From a virus (Duplodnaviria; Caudoviricetes), in the IMG/VR virus record IMGVR_UViG_3300027969_000125, positions 1 through 56,166 of that record: 56,166 nt of DNA; one strand, 5' to 3'. The stretch's first letter is position 1, and every line of letters starts with the position of its first letter. Positions 19,904-30,428 of the stretch are shown here, one piece after another. The notes below the pieces were generated by a model, which worked only from the letters and a program-made list of their open reading frames with translations, did not search any database and was not told the origin of the DNA. Made by a program: the position numbers and the translations under genes.

Positions 19904-22900
19904 ATGAGTCTTTCTAAGGCGGTTCAATGGCTTGGAGACAAGATTGGTGACGGACTAAGAGCCGTTGGAGATGTCGCGGGCGATGCTCTCCGCGCAGTTG
20001 GCAAAGGAATTCAGAAGCTAGGTGACTTTGCTGGAGACACAATCAAAGCAATTATCAAGGATCCGCTTCCGACGCTATTGTCTTATGCGGGTATGGCAAT
20101 CGGTATACCGCCTTACGTTACGTCTGCGGTTATTACTGCGGCCAAAGGCGGTAATCTTGAAGACATAGCAAAGTCTGCCGCCATATCGTATGCTACTACC
20201 AGCTTCATGTCTGACACGCAAATAGGCGCGGACATCAAGAACTACACAACCAATCAGTGGGCCGGGGACTTCACCGACTCCATGATGGAGACGTTCAATT
20301 TGCCAGCGGATACGGCTGTGCAGATTTCAAAGGTAGCAAGCGCTAGTCTGAACTCGTCTTTAATTGGAGGTATCAACGCAGCACTTAGCGGCAAGTCAAT
20401 TGCAACAGGCATCTCTTCTGGCTTTACCTCTGGATTAATCTACTCATCAACCGATAGCTACTTTGACTCAATCAATAAAAATCCCAACTGGGGTTTAAGC
20501 CCTACCACTATTAATTTGATGAAGGGTGCCACAAGCACCGCATTGAACACCATAGTGTCTGGCAAAGGTGACCCAGCGCAAGCCGTTGGCAACTACATTG
20601 CTTACGCCAGCATCAACATGGCTGAATCGTCTTTGATCAACAAGGCAAAGGAGACGTATAAGTCATTAACCACAAACACCGATGCAACAGAAAAAGCACA
20701 AGCAAAATATGCTGCTGAAAAGTCCGAATACGACAAACAATTAAAAGCTGCTGAAGATTTACGCAAGTCGGTCAACGATGATACCGCTGCGTACCAAAAA
20801 ACAATTGATGATCAGTACAACCCATTTAAGAAGCAATACGATGATCTAATTTCAGCAAACGATGTTCAGGCATCTACTTTTAACACCAACAAAAAAGCAT
20901 TTGAAGACAACAAGTGGGCGGTTGAAAACTATAGTGCCAAGTTAGAACAACTCGGTTACCAAAACATTGATCTTGGCGAAGGAATGGCAGTGCCCGCAAG
21001 GGTTACTGGAACTTATGTATCAATAACTCGCGGCGGGGAGGAAAGGACTAATTTTCAATATGCATATGATGCCCCCTCGCAGCAATCGTTTATTGATGCG
21101 GCAAATGCAGCAGCAGATAAAGCAAATGCTGCCGCAGCCAAGTCAAAAGAAATTCAAGATGCTGCCACCAAGCTATACAACGACAACAAGCCAATGCTTG
21201 ACTCGTTGCCAACCAAAGCCGCTGATATAGACAAAAAAGTAGCAGACTTTAACGCCATCAAGTCTGATATTGAAACGCCAAAAGATGGCAATCTTGCTCA
21301 AAGACTTCAAGACGCCTCCAAAGATTATCAATCCAATTATGACCTTTGGGCGGCTTCAAAATCCGAAGCAGACAAATCAGCAGAGAACTACACCAAGGCA
21401 TTGGCCGAAGTTGCAACACGCGATGCAACCATTGATGCAATAAATTCTGGTGTTATTACTGCCACCACGCAAGACAAGGATGGCAACTGGTCTTTGTCCA
21501 ATGGCATGACCTTGACCAAGGACGGCAAGTTTGTGCAAGAAGGCGTGCAGCAGTTTACTAATGCCGCTGGCATCAATCAAAAGCCAATGGATCTTACCGG
21601 CGCTGATGGATCAAAAATTGACTTTAGCGAAGACGCTGGCCGCTTGTTGTCTACATCGGATGTAAAGAACTTGGCCCAGCGCGATTACGGTCTTTCCATT
21701 ACGGATGAAGAAGCCAAAAAGTTTGCTGGCAAGGATTACACAGAAACGGCTATTCCTGAGCTTGAGTCTTTTGCGGCAACAAAAGCGAAGGAAGCAGGCT
21801 TTCCTGACTACAAAGCGTACCAAGAATTTGGCGGCAATGTAGATGCGTACAAAGCATCTATTTGGAAGCCTGCGGACACCACAATGGCCGGTGGTGAGCA
21901 AACCGCTGCGGTAAATACCGGAGTTGTTTCGGATGCGGGCGTTTCAAAACCCGTGCAATCTACTGGCACCAAAACATTTGAAAATGGAACAACTTATGAT
22001 TATTCCACTGGCCTTTTTAAGATGCCAGATGGCTCTTACCGTGATAGCGACTACAACTTGTACAACGAACAGGGTAAGTTTATAGGGTTAGAAAAAGAAG
22101 GTAGACCTTTTCGCGTAAGCGTCACTGGCGGAGATGTAGATCCAGAAAAAAATGAAATAATTCCTCCAAGTAGGCCAGCAAATTTTGTAAATGAAGTTGA
22201 TTTAAACAGCGCGGGAGACGAAAATACTGGCGTTGCTTCACCCGTTGAATTACAAGGCGATGAAAGTACCGGGGGTTCTGGGCCAGCCAGCAGCAATGAT
22301 GCTTTTAATAAAGCTCTTGCTAATGCAAATACAAAAGGTGACACCACTACAACTGTTGATAATCAGCCAATTAGCTTTGACAACACTGGAACCGTGCTTG
22401 CTATCAATGGAAACGGGACTGCGCTGGTTCAAAACGACACCACTAGATCGCAGAACACCGTTCAAACAATTGGTGATGCCACGGTTGGTGCAAAAGTAGA
22501 CTTGGTTGTAAGTGGCTCAACTGGCGAAACCACCGCTATTGCAAAAACTGAAACTTTTGAAGCAAACAATACAACGGGCGCATCTACAAATTCAGCCTCC
22601 AATGCAACCTCCACAGGAACTGTTCTTGCAACCAACAATGATGGAATTTCTTTAGTTCAAAATGACGCTACTGGAACACAATCCATTGTAAAAACAATTG
22701 GTGATGTTGATGTTGGGTCAAAGGTAGACATCAAAGTTAGCGCATCAACTGGAGAGGCTACTGCTGTTGCCAAGACTGAACAGCCAGTTGTTGAGACTCC
22801 AATAGTTACACCAACTTCAGTGACGCCCCCGATTGTTGAGACTCCAGATGTTCAGCAACCAATAACAGAGACCCCTGTAACTCCTTCGGAAGTTGTGCCG

Positions 22901-24802
22901 CCCGAAGTGTTGCCTCCTGCTCCTAAAACAGAAGAGCCTGTTCCAAATCCTTCTGAAGTTGCTCCTCCCGTTACTCCGCCTGTAGTAACCCCGCCTGTTG
23001 TAGAGCCTACTGAGGTTGAGCCTCCAGTGGTGACTCCGCCAGTTGTGACGCCTCCTGAAGTTATCTCGCCTGTCGTCACTCCGCCAGTAACACCTCCGGT
23101 AGTAACGCCGACAGTTGTTGAGCCTACTGTCATACCTCCTCCTGTCGTGCCCCCTGTAGTCACGCCTCCAGTTGTAGAGCCGCCTGTTGTCCAGCCTCCA
23201 GTCGTTTCTCCGGTAACTCAGCCTGTAGCCACTCCTCCAGTGGTCACCCCGCCAGTAACCCCTCCAGTGGTTGCACCTCCTGTCACTCCGGCAACAAGTG
23301 GGATAACTATTGATGCCGTTACAAAAGCAATCAATGATTCAATTGCAGGCATCCAGTTTCCGGCAGGCATTACGCCCGCTGATGTGGCGCAGCAAATTAA
23401 AACGGCAATGGAAGCCAATCCTAATTTGAAGATGGCTGACGTTACCAAGTCAATAACCGACTATATGTCGGCCAATCCTGCGCTTACTGCTGCTGATGTG
23501 AGCACCGCCATTACTGGTGCCACAAAAGACTTGGCAACACAAGGTCAGCTTGATTTGGCAGTAAAAAATCTGTCTGCCGACCAAAAAACACAGTTCAATA
23601 ATTTAACTCAAGCTCAAAAAGATGAAGTAGATGCTCGTGTAAAACAAGGCCAAGACATTCAAAATGCTATTGCTTCAGCACAACAAACAACAAGCAATCA
23701 AGTTCAAAATATTCAAGGCGAATTGAATGGAAGGATTGATGCTCTTGTTAAGCAAGGCGTTGATTCAAATGCTGCAATACAGCAAGCAATTGCAGAGTCG
23801 CAAACGCAAATAAATAAAAATGATGCAAACATAAACTCTAGAATTGACGTACTTGTCAATCAGGGTGTTGACTACCAAATAGCAACGCAAATAGCTCTTG
23901 AGGAAACACGAGGAACAATAGGTGATGTTGGCAAACAGCTTGCTGACAAAATAAAAGCTGATGAAGCCGACAAGCAAGCTGCGGCAGAAGCCAAAAGGGT
24001 GGCAGATGCTGCTGCGGAAGAAGAGAAGAGGGTTGCTACTGCTGCCGCGCTGGCAAAAAGCATTGCTGATAAACAAGCTGCTGCAAGGGCATCAAATGCG
24101 GCCCAACAAAAAGCTGCCGTTCAAGGTGGTTTGTCTTTGCTCCAGCAAAATCCAACGCCAGCATCAACTTTGACAAGTGCGGCAGGCGTAGCAGCCCCAC
24201 TTGCGGCCAGCTATTTGATGGCAAAAGAAGACCCTAACAAGTTTGAAAGCCCGTTGGAAAAATTCCTAAAGACGCAAAACCAAGCCTTTGGCAAAGAAAA
24301 TCAGTACGGCATACAACCACAAGGAAACGTGATGAACGACCCCTCATACTCTTACGGGACGCAGCGCCCCATTGAGGACATCCTCGGCATGGGATCGACC
24401 CAAGCGGGCCAAGCGCCCGATTCCTCCATCCCAAGCTACCCTACAGCCCTTCCTTACGCCCAAGGCGGTATGGCGGGTACTCGGCATGGCAAGTACGCCC
24501 AAGGCGGTCTAAGCACCCCTCTGATGGCCTCTGGGGGCAAGATGCGGGTGGACTTCCGCCACGGGGATGCCGTAACGGGGGCTGGAGACGGCCAATCGGA
24601 CGATATTCCCGCCATGCTGGCTGACGGGGAGTTTGTTTTCCCCGCCGATGTGGTTGCCGCCATAGGAAATGGCTCAAACAAGGCAGGAAGCGATAAACTA
24701 TACGACATGATGCACGGCATCCGCGCCCATTACCGTTCTGCCAAACCCAAGGATTTGCCACCGCAGATCAAATCCCCGCTTGATTTTCTCAAGCGCAGCT
24801 AG
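19904..24802 (+). CDS. Large internal virion / ejection protein with a Pro-Val-rich linker and a C-terminal AxGG...SDDIPAMLADGEFV module
   Basis: 1632 aa; hydrophobic Gly/Ala N-terminus, coiled coils, VTPP repeats, tape-measure-like C-terminal motif. Confidence 0.65.
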   Translation: MSLSKAVQWLGDKIGDGLRAVGDVAGDALRAVGKGIQKLGDFAGDTIKAIIKDPLPTLLSYAGMAIGIPPYVTSAVITAAKGGNLEDIAKSAAISYATTSFMSDTQIGADIKNYTTNQWAGDFTDSMMETFNLPADTAVQISKVASASLNSSLIGGINAALSGKSIATGISSGFTSGLIYSSTDSYFDSINKNPNWGLSPTTINLMKGATSTALNTIVSGKGDPAQAVGNYIAYASINMAESSLINKAKETYKSLTTNTDATEKAQAKYAAEKSEYDKQLKAAEDLRKSVNDDTAAYQKTIDDQYNPFKKQYDDLISANDVQASTFNTNKKAFEDNKWAVENYSAKLEQLGYQNIDLGEGMAVPARVTGTYVSITRGGEERTNFQYAYDAPSQQSFIDAANAAADKANAAAAKSKEIQDAATKLYNDNKPMLDSLPTKAADIDKKVADFNAIKSDIETPKDGNLAQRLQDASKDYQSNYDLWAASKSEADKSAENYTKALAEVATRDATIDAINSGVITATTQDKDGNWSLSNGMTLTKDGKFVQEGVQQFTNAAGINQKPMDLTGADGSKIDFSEDAGRLLSTSDVKNLAQRDYGLSITDEEAKKFAGKDYTETAIPELESFAATKAKEAGFPDYKAYQEFGGNVDAYKASIWKPADTTMAGGEQTAAVNTGVVSDAGVSKPVQSTGTKTFENGTTYDYSTGLFKMPDGSYRDSDYNLYNEQGKFIGLEKEGRPFRVSVTGGDVDPEKNEIIPPSRPANFVNEVDLNSAGDENTGVASPVELQGDESTGGSGPASSNDAFNKALANANTKGDTTTTVDNQPISFDNTGTVLAINGNGTALVQNDTTRSQNTVQTIGDATVGAKVDLVVSGSTGETTAIAKTETFEANNTTGASTNSASNATSTGTVLATNNDGISLVQNDATGTQSIVKTIGDVDVGSKVDIKVSASTGEATAVAKTEQPVVETPIVTPTSVTPPIVETPDVQQPITETPVTPSEVVPPEVLPPAPKTEEPVPNPSEVAPPVTPPVVTPPVVEPTEVEPPVVTPPVVTPPEVISPVVTPPVTPPVVTPTVVEPTVIPPPVVPPVVTPPVVEPPVVQPPVVSPVTQPVATPPVVTPPVTPPVVAPPVTPATSGITIDAVTKAINDSIAGIQFPAGITPADVAQQIKTAMEANPNLKMADVTKSITDYMSANPALTAADVSTAITGATKDLATQGQLDLAVKNLSADQKTQFNNLTQAQKDEVDARVKQGQDIQNAIASAQQTTSNQVQNIQGELNGRIDALVKQGVDSNAAIQQAIAESQTQINKNDANINSRIDVLVNQGVDYQIATQIALEETRGTIGDVGKQLADKIKADEADKQAAAEAKRVADAAAEEEKRVATAAALAKSIADKQAAARASNAAQQKAAVQGGLSLLQQNPTPASTLTSAAGVAAPLAASYLMAKEDPNKFESPLEKFLKTQNQAFGKENQYGIQPQGNVMNDPSYSYGTQRPIEDILGMGSTQAGQAPDSSIPSYPTALPYAQGGMAGTRHGKYAQGGLSTPLMASGGKMRVDFRHGDAVTGAGDGQSDDIPAMLADGEFVFPADVVAAIGNGSNKAGSDKLYDMMHGIRAHYRSAKPKDLPPQIKSPLDFLKRS
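22780..23290 (+). repeat. Degenerate coding repeats (VTPPV / VEPP)
   Basis: Many imperfect copies encoding VVTPP, VTPPV and VEPT. Confidence 0.85.
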
Positions 24803-24811
24803 GAGATAAAT

Positions 24812-25858
24812 ATGTCAGTCTTTGATGTTTACGCAAATCCAGATGTAACGCAAAAAGATACTACGGCGACAACCTCGCCAGACTATTACACAAACCTGAT
24901 GTCGGGGCTGTCTAGTGCTGGCGTGCAGGCAATGCAAAATCCTAACCAGATTGCGCCCCTGACGGCCATGCAGAACACGGGATATGCTCAAGTGCCTACG
25001 GCGGCAGGAGCTTATCAGCCCGGACTTACTACGGCGGAGCAGACAGCCAAGACCGCAGCCGCTGGTGCTGCCCCGCAGATCAATAGCTTCATGAACCCAT
25101 ACACCACCAACGTGGTGGATGAGATGGCACGCTTGCAAAATCAAAATGTCCAGCGCAACGTGATGCCGCAGCTCAAGGCTGGCTTTGTTGGCTCTGGTGC
25201 CCTTGGTAGCCAGCGCTACGCTAACGCAATGGGCCAGACCGCTTCCGACCTTCAGTCAAACTTGACCGGCCAGCAGTATGGCGCTTTGTCTGCTGGGTAC
25301 AAGTCTGCTGTTGATCAGGCATTGCAAAATGTACAGAATCAAACCCAAGCGGGCCAACTGCAAGGCAACCTTGCTGAAAAAGAGCAGTCGCTTGGACTTA
25401 CTGGCGCTGGAGCATTGACAAAGGCTGGAGGAGAGCTTCAAGCATACCAACAATCACTGATCGACGCCCCATTGAAGACGGCCACCAACGCCTCTGCCTT
25501 GCTGCGCGGATACCAAGCGCCAAGCACCGTAACGTCCACCAAGACAGGCCCATTGAGCAGCGCCTACTACCAAGGATCGCCTCTTAGCCAGACACTGGGC
25601 ATTGGCGCATCAATCGGTGCTGGACTTGGAACGACCAAAACAACTAACCCGATAACTGGCGTGGTTACTGAAACGCCAAACTGGCTTTCCAAACTTTGGA
25701 ATAGCGTAAAAGATCCAACGGCTCCTGCGGCCCCCGCAATTGATATTCCAACTACCGGAGGCGGCATAACGACGCCCGGAACTCCACCGCCGCCAGATGT
25801 TGGTGGTGGATATTACATAACCAATGAAGATGGTACTGAAACTTTCATACCGGGATAA
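24812..25858 (+). CDS. DNA transfer / pilot (ejection) protein
   Basis: Gln/Ala-rich; FMNPYTTNVVD...GALGSQR motif common in podovirus ejection proteins; AGGAG RBS. Confidence 0.6.
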   Translation: MSVFDVYANPDVTQKDTTATTSPDYYTNLMSGLSSAGVQAMQNPNQIAPLTAMQNTGYAQVPTAAGAYQPGLTTAEQTAKTAAAGAAPQINSFMNPYTTNVVDEMARLQNQNVQRNVMPQLKAGFVGSGALGSQRYANAMGQTASDLQSNLTGQQYGALSAGYKSAVDQALQNVQNQTQAGQLQGNLAEKEQSLGLTGAGALTKAGGELQAYQQSLIDAPLKTATNASALLRGYQAPSTVTSTKTGPLSSAYYQGSPLSQTLGIGASIGAGLGTTKTTNPITGVVTETPNWLSKLWNSVKDPTAPAAPAIDIPTTGGGITTPGTPPPPDVGGGYYITNEDGTETFIPG

Positions 25859-25861
25859 ATT

Positions 25862-27403
25862 ATGGCTGCAAAAGGTGCTTTATCCAGTCTGCCAAAGCTG
25901 ACCCCAGCCTACGGGCTTGAAGAGGGTGAAACAGACGATGCTGTTGAGCGTGCTACCAATAGGGTAATGCAAGCATATGCGGCTCGTCAGAATCTTGGCT
26001 ACGACCCTACGCTGATGGCGTTTGGTCAGGCAATGCTTGCCTCCAGAGGAAACTTTGCCGAAGGGCTTGGCGCTGGCCTCAAAGGCGCACAAGAGGCGCA
26101 GCAGCTAAATAGACAGCAAGACATTGAAGAGGCGCAAGCGCAGCTAACAATTGCACAGGCGCAACGTGAGCAGCAGAACGCCCAACGCGCTGCTTCGGCT
26201 TTTCGAACTACCATTGGAGGCGGTGCGCCAAAACCCGCTACTACCGGATCTACTTCTGGTGGTGCTGGACAGCCTGCCGCATCTGGGCAAGTTCTCGATG
26301 GTTTTGCTACCGTAAATTTAGACTCTGCGCTCAAATATGCGGTGGATTTTCCTCTTGCAAAGGACAACGCAAGGTTGTTGATGGAAGCGGCAAAGGCTGG
26401 GCTTGATCGTTACCTAATCTCGCAAAACGGCACAGTCTTTGACAAGATGTCTGGCAAATACTTGCCGCAAGATATTCCGGGGCAAGCTCAAACGGTTTAT
26501 AACACTCCTCTTGGCAAATTCTCAATGACTGCTAATGAGTATTCAAGACTACAGGCCGCTCAAGACAGAGGTCTTGGCATTGAGTGGATGGAAGCATACA
26601 AGTATGGCAGCACCAAACTTGTTGACGATGTAGTGTCTGGCACATCAACCAAGCCTTTGGAATTAGTAAAAACGACAGAGGGCAAGAAGCCGCAACGCTT
26701 GTCTGAAGCAGAGCAAGAGACGCAAACCGAATTGAGAAAGTCTGCAACAGGGCAAGAGGCCGCTCGTCGAAAAGATATTGTTGACAAAGCAGACGAGGCG
26801 GACAACGCAATAGAACTTGCTCAACAGTTCCGAGCATTTTCCAGCGATCCAGATGCAAAGCTGTATCAAGGTATCTTGAGCAATGATAAAACCATGTCCG
26901 CCATCATTAGGTTGGTGCAATCTGGTGTTGGCGTACCCGGCTATAGCATTGGTATCCCTGAAATAGAAACGGTTGTCAAAAATCTTAATTTGACGGGAGA
27001 GGCTCAGGCAAAGGCACAAGTGTTTGCAATGCTAATTGCTCAGATGCAGTTAGCCAAAAACAAGTTTATGAAAGGCGCTGTATCGGATAGGGAACAGTTG
27101 TTGTTAGCTCGTACTGGAGTTAGCTCAGAAGACACAAATGATTCCGTCCGGTCAAAAGCAGATATGCTAGAACGCAGGGGAATATTTGATAAAGATGCAG
27201 CAAAGTTATACAAAAAACTTGGCGGGGACGTAAGCGACTTTAAGCAAACTGACGAATACCAAAAACTAAAAAACGAATATTTAGAAGACTTAAAAGCTCT
27301 TGCATTAGGGTTGAAAAGAATTCCATACAACCCACCCTCTATTGGAAAACCAGCGGAAAAGGGTAAACGAGACAACGCATCTGCCGCAGAGAAACTTGAT
27401 TAA
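25862..27403 (+). CDS. Putative ejection protein
   Basis: 513 aa, helical; GAVSDRE motif; lies between pilot protein and transglycosylase. Confidence 0.5.
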   Translation: MAAKGALSSLPKLTPAYGLEEGETDDAVERATNRVMQAYAARQNLGYDPTLMAFGQAMLASRGNFAEGLGAGLKGAQEAQQLNRQQDIEEAQAQLTIAQAQREQQNAQRAASAFRTTIGGGAPKPATTGSTSGGAGQPAASGQVLDGFATVNLDSALKYAVDFPLAKDNARLLMEAAKAGLDRYLISQNGTVFDKMSGKYLPQDIPGQAQTVYNTPLGKFSMTANEYSRLQAAQDRGLGIEWMEAYKYGSTKLVDDVVSGTSTKPLELVKTTEGKKPQRLSEAEQETQTELRKSATGQEAARRKDIVDKADEADNAIELAQQFRAFSSDPDAKLYQGILSNDKTMSAIIRLVQSGVGVPGYSIGIPEIETVVKNLNLTGEAQAKAQVFAMLIAQMQLAKNKFMKGAVSDREQLLLARTGVSSEDTNDSVRSKADMLERRGIFDKDAAKLYKKLGGDVSDFKQTDEYQKLKNEYLEDLKALALGLKRIPYNPPSIGKPAEKGKRDNASAAEKLD

Positions 27404-27413
27404 GGACTAAGCG

Positions 27414-28967
27414 ATGTCAGCAAAACCACCAGAGCTATCGTTCCTTGACGGACTCAGCCAAGAGCAGATTGTCTATGCCGTCAAGATCGCGCAGGCAGCG
27501 CAAGCCGCTGGCGTTCCCCCAAAACTTGCTGTGGCTATTGCCTACCAAGAAAGCAGGCTCAATCCAAACGCCCCCAATGGCGCTGACGGCGAGATTGGAA
27601 TCATGCAGATCAAACCAGCCACCGCAAAGGGCGAAGGGTTTGAACTCAAGCAGATCAAAGATCCTGATGAGAACATCAAGGCTGGTATCTCCTACCTCAA
27701 AAAGTCTTGGGAGAAGTCTGGACAAAACCCCAAGCTAACCGCTTACGGCTACAACGCTGGCATTGATGCGGGATTGTTCTACGGTGGCGATCCCGATCCA
27801 AGGGCGAAGCAATACGTTGCCGATGTCGGCGGGTATGGTGCCTACACCGGCTTGATGGAAGAGAAAGCTCCAGAGGATCAACTGTCTTCCGCGCCAAAGT
27901 TAGAGAATCGACCACCCTCTTCACCAGCACCTCCAGACACTTCGGGTGCCAGCAAAGGTGAGCGTTTTTTTGCTGGCGCTGCTGGTACTGCCATTGGCAC
28001 CGCTGCGGCCACAGGAAAGAAACTTTCTGCGGCAAAAGACGCTAGTTCAATACGTCTGGCCCAACTAACCGCCGCAGCGGCAGAAAAAGGCAAATTAGAG
28101 GCTCAAGCAGCCGAAATGGCAGCGCAGGCTGGCAAGACCGTGCCGCCATCCGTTAACCCGCCTAGCTCCTTAACCAAATTAGAGCCGATCAAACCCATTC
28201 CTGTAGGGACGCAAGACGCTGGCCGTATGGCTGCTGGGCAGACTGGAAATATGCCGTACAACTATGCTAAGTCGGCAGGGTTGACGGATATTGAAGCTGG
28301 CCGTGCGCTGGATATGACCAAAAATACTGGCGGCGTCCACGACCTGTCCACCCAACGCCGCGAGGGATTAAATCGCGTCAACCAAATTGCGCCAAATCAG
28401 TTTGTTGAGAACCCACAGTACGGTGGCTTGATGACGCCAGACAAAGGTGGCGGCAAAGGCCCAGTTGCATCCTTTAAGGTTCAAGGAGCGCTTCCGACTG
28501 CTGATTTGCCACCAAACTATATGCCCGGCCCAGCAGCGCCTCCGCCTCAAGGCACTTTGGTAGAGATTCCAAAGCCAAAGCCGCCAGCGCCGCCTTCATT
28601 GCCTCAAATTGCTTCTCAAAAAGCCGCCGCTGGGTTAGATGCTATTACTGGCGTGTACAGGTCAATGATCAAACCTGTTGCGGCAACTGTCGGCAAGTAT
28701 GCTCTGCCACCCCTTGCAGGGTTGTCTGCTGGCTTAGATGTGGCCGAGATGGCTCACGAGTACGACAAGCCTCCCGACCAACGCGACTACATCAAAATGG
28801 CAACCAAGGGTGCCGGTGTTGTTGGCGGGGCTTTATCCATGTTCCCGCCAACAGCAGCCTTTGGAGTGCCGTTGATGCTTGGCTCAAGTGCCGTTGACTT
28901 ATACCGAAATCCAGAGGCCCGTGCTTACGTCGAAAAGAAACTGCAAGAAATGGGGTATCCTCAGTAG
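27414..28967 (+). CDS. Virion-associated lytic transglycosylase (SLT domain) ejection protein
   Basis: AIAYQESRLNPNA...GIMQIKPATA...NIKAGISYL...AYGYNAG SLT motifs. Confidence 0.85.
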   Translation: MSAKPPELSFLDGLSQEQIVYAVKIAQAAQAAGVPPKLAVAIAYQESRLNPNAPNGADGEIGIMQIKPATAKGEGFELKQIKDPDENIKAGISYLKKSWEKSGQNPKLTAYGYNAGIDAGLFYGGDPDPRAKQYVADVGGYGAYTGLMEEKAPEDQLSSAPKLENRPPSSPAPPDTSGASKGERFFAGAAGTAIGTAAATGKKLSAAKDASSIRLAQLTAAAAEKGKLEAQAAEMAAQAGKTVPPSVNPPSSLTKLEPIKPIPVGTQDAGRMAAGQTGNMPYNYAKSAGLTDIEAGRALDMTKNTGGVHDLSTQRREGLNRVNQIAPNQFVENPQYGGLMTPDKGGGKGPVASFKVQGALPTADLPPNYMPGPAAPPPQGTLVEIPKPKPPAPPSLPQIASQKAAAGLDAITGVYRSMIKPVAATVGKYALPPLAGLSAGLDVAEMAHEYDKPPDQRDYIKMATKGAGVVGGALSMFPPTAAFGVPLMLGSSAVDLYRNPEARAYVEKKLQEMGYPQ

Positions 28968-28980
28968 GCAGTTGCTACTC

Positions 28981-29006
28981 AGCCCCCACTTCCGGGGGTT
29001 TTTTTT
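28981..29006 (+). terminator. Terminator between convergent operons
   Basis: GCCCCC-ACTTCC-GGGGGT followed by a T tract. Confidence 0.75.
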
Positions 29007-29229
29007 ATGGCCGCTGTCTCTCTAAAGCCTTGGCGACTTCAGGGTTCAGTTCGGCCACGATAGCAACGCAGCGCTCATGCTCCGCTTTAGCTAAGTGAGG
29101 ATGGGCATAAGCCAGCAGCTTGTTGGAAAACTGCACAATGTCTACCTCGTCAGCAATCAAGGCGTCGGGTTCATGGACATCGCAGTAGAAAAAGATCTGC
29201 TTGATGGTTTCTTCGGTTAAGTATTTCAT
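29005..29229 (-). CDS. Hypothetical protein
   Basis: MKYLTEETIK..., coupled to the exonuclease stop codon. Confidence 0.5.
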   Translation of the reverse strand: MKYLTEETIKQIFFYCDVHEPDALIADEVDIVQFSNKLLAYAHPHLAKAEHERCVAIVAELNPEVAKALERQRP

Positions 29230-29996
29230 GAGTGTTTGTTCTTTAGTTGCCAGAAGGATAGAAGGTGGGAGAACATCGGCCAACCTCGGTCGAGGTCTTC
29301 TAATGACCATTCCTTGACCACCACAAGGCCGGGGACGCTACGACTCAAAAACACATTTGCACAGCGTGCCTTGGGGCATCCAAGCCCTACACGGCACGCT
29401 GCCAACTGCATCAAATGCTCATCGTAGCCCTCGACCTTTGCGGGGTCAGAGAATTCTTTCGTCTTAACGTCAATGACGAAGCCATCACCTCGTTCATCGG
29501 CAGGGACATATAGGTCGCACTTACCGCCAAAACCGAGTTCGTGTGCGAATGAACGCTCCGAGATCCAGCCCCAGTCGCCAAAGTGGTCGTTGATCGCTTG
29601 TACGCAGGCCGTAACACTCTCGTTGTGCCTTCCTGTTGAATAACCTTCATAGTACCCTTGTATTGATGCATGGATGTCTGTTCCAGCGTCCGCAGCCGCA
29701 CGCCCCTGCTCTTTCGAGTCGTGGATGATTCTGGCTATGTATTGCTCTTCTGTCTCGTTATCTACTTTGGGCAATGTCAGCGCGGCCATCAGCACTTGCT
29801 GCTGCATCCAAGCCAACAAAGCGGGCTTTGCTGCCACGCCAATGATGGTGGTGACCGAGGGCACCAGATTCATTGTGCGGGCATCACGAAGGGTTGTGGC
29901 GCGTAGTCCGCCCTTCTTGGCCTCCACCGTATACTGCGGAACGCCATCACGAGTGTACCAATGTCCAGATTCGCTGGCCCTGATTACTGTACTCAT
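29226..29996 (-). CDS. PD-(D/E)XK exonuclease (Cas4/RecB-like phage recombination nuclease)
   Basis: PSVTTII...GTDIH...E...GGKCDL...IDVKT...QLAA motifs. Confidence 0.8.
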   Translation of the reverse strand: MSTVIRASESGHWYTRDGVPQYTVEAKKGGLRATTLRDARTMNLVPSVTTIIGVAAKPALLAWMQQQVLMAALTLPKVDNETEEQYIARIIHDSKEQGRAAADAGTDIHASIQGYYEGYSTGRHNESVTACVQAINDHFGDWGWISERSFAHELGFGGKCDLYVPADERGDGFVIDVKTKEFSDPAKVEGYDEHLMQLAACRVGLGCPKARCANVFLSRSVPGLVVVKEWSLEDLDRGWPMFSHLLSFWQLKNKHS

Positions 29997-30083
29997 ATCT
30001 ATCCTTAAAAGGTGGGGTACTCGCTACGTCTGGCTGACCGCCGAATTGCAGTGACACTTCACCAGCATCCGCTTTCCCCCGAT

Positions 30084-30428
30084 TTAAATTGCTTTCCACA
30101 CTCGTTGTGCGCGACCAGACTGACCAACAATTTCTTTTTCAGTAGGCTCCGCATAACCTGCTTTTTGCAGATCAGGAAGCCTTCGCCAGATTTGGTCTGG
30201 GCGCAAACCAAGACGGGTTGCAAGCTGCTCAAAAGTGCCGTCGCCCTTTTTAAGTTCTTGGTAGATCTTGGCGCAAAGGTTGCCAGCAAATTCATCAACT
30301 CGAAGCGCAGCTTTTTTTGATGTGATTGGGTCTTCTCGTCGAGCCAATTTGCGTGGCTCGGTGTACTCAATAGACTCAAAAAGATCAAACGTGCTGTCAT
30401 CTTGTTTCATAACTGATCTCCTACTCAA
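30084..30428 (-). CDS. Winged-helix DNA-binding protein
   Basis: ARREDPITSKKAA...TFEQLATRLG...RRLPDLQKAG...SGRAQRVW. Confidence 0.6.
   Translation of the reverse strand: MSRRSVMKQDDSTFDLFESIEYTEPRKLARREDPITSKKAALRVDEFAGNLCAKIYQELKKGDGTFEQLATRLGLRPDQIWRRLPDLQKAGYAEPTEKEIVGQSGRAQRVWKAI

Noticed and set aside
29226-29996. Cas4 / CRISPR system
   Set aside because: It is a stand-alone PD-(D/E)XK nuclease in a recombination operon; no repeat-spacer array or other cas genes are visible.
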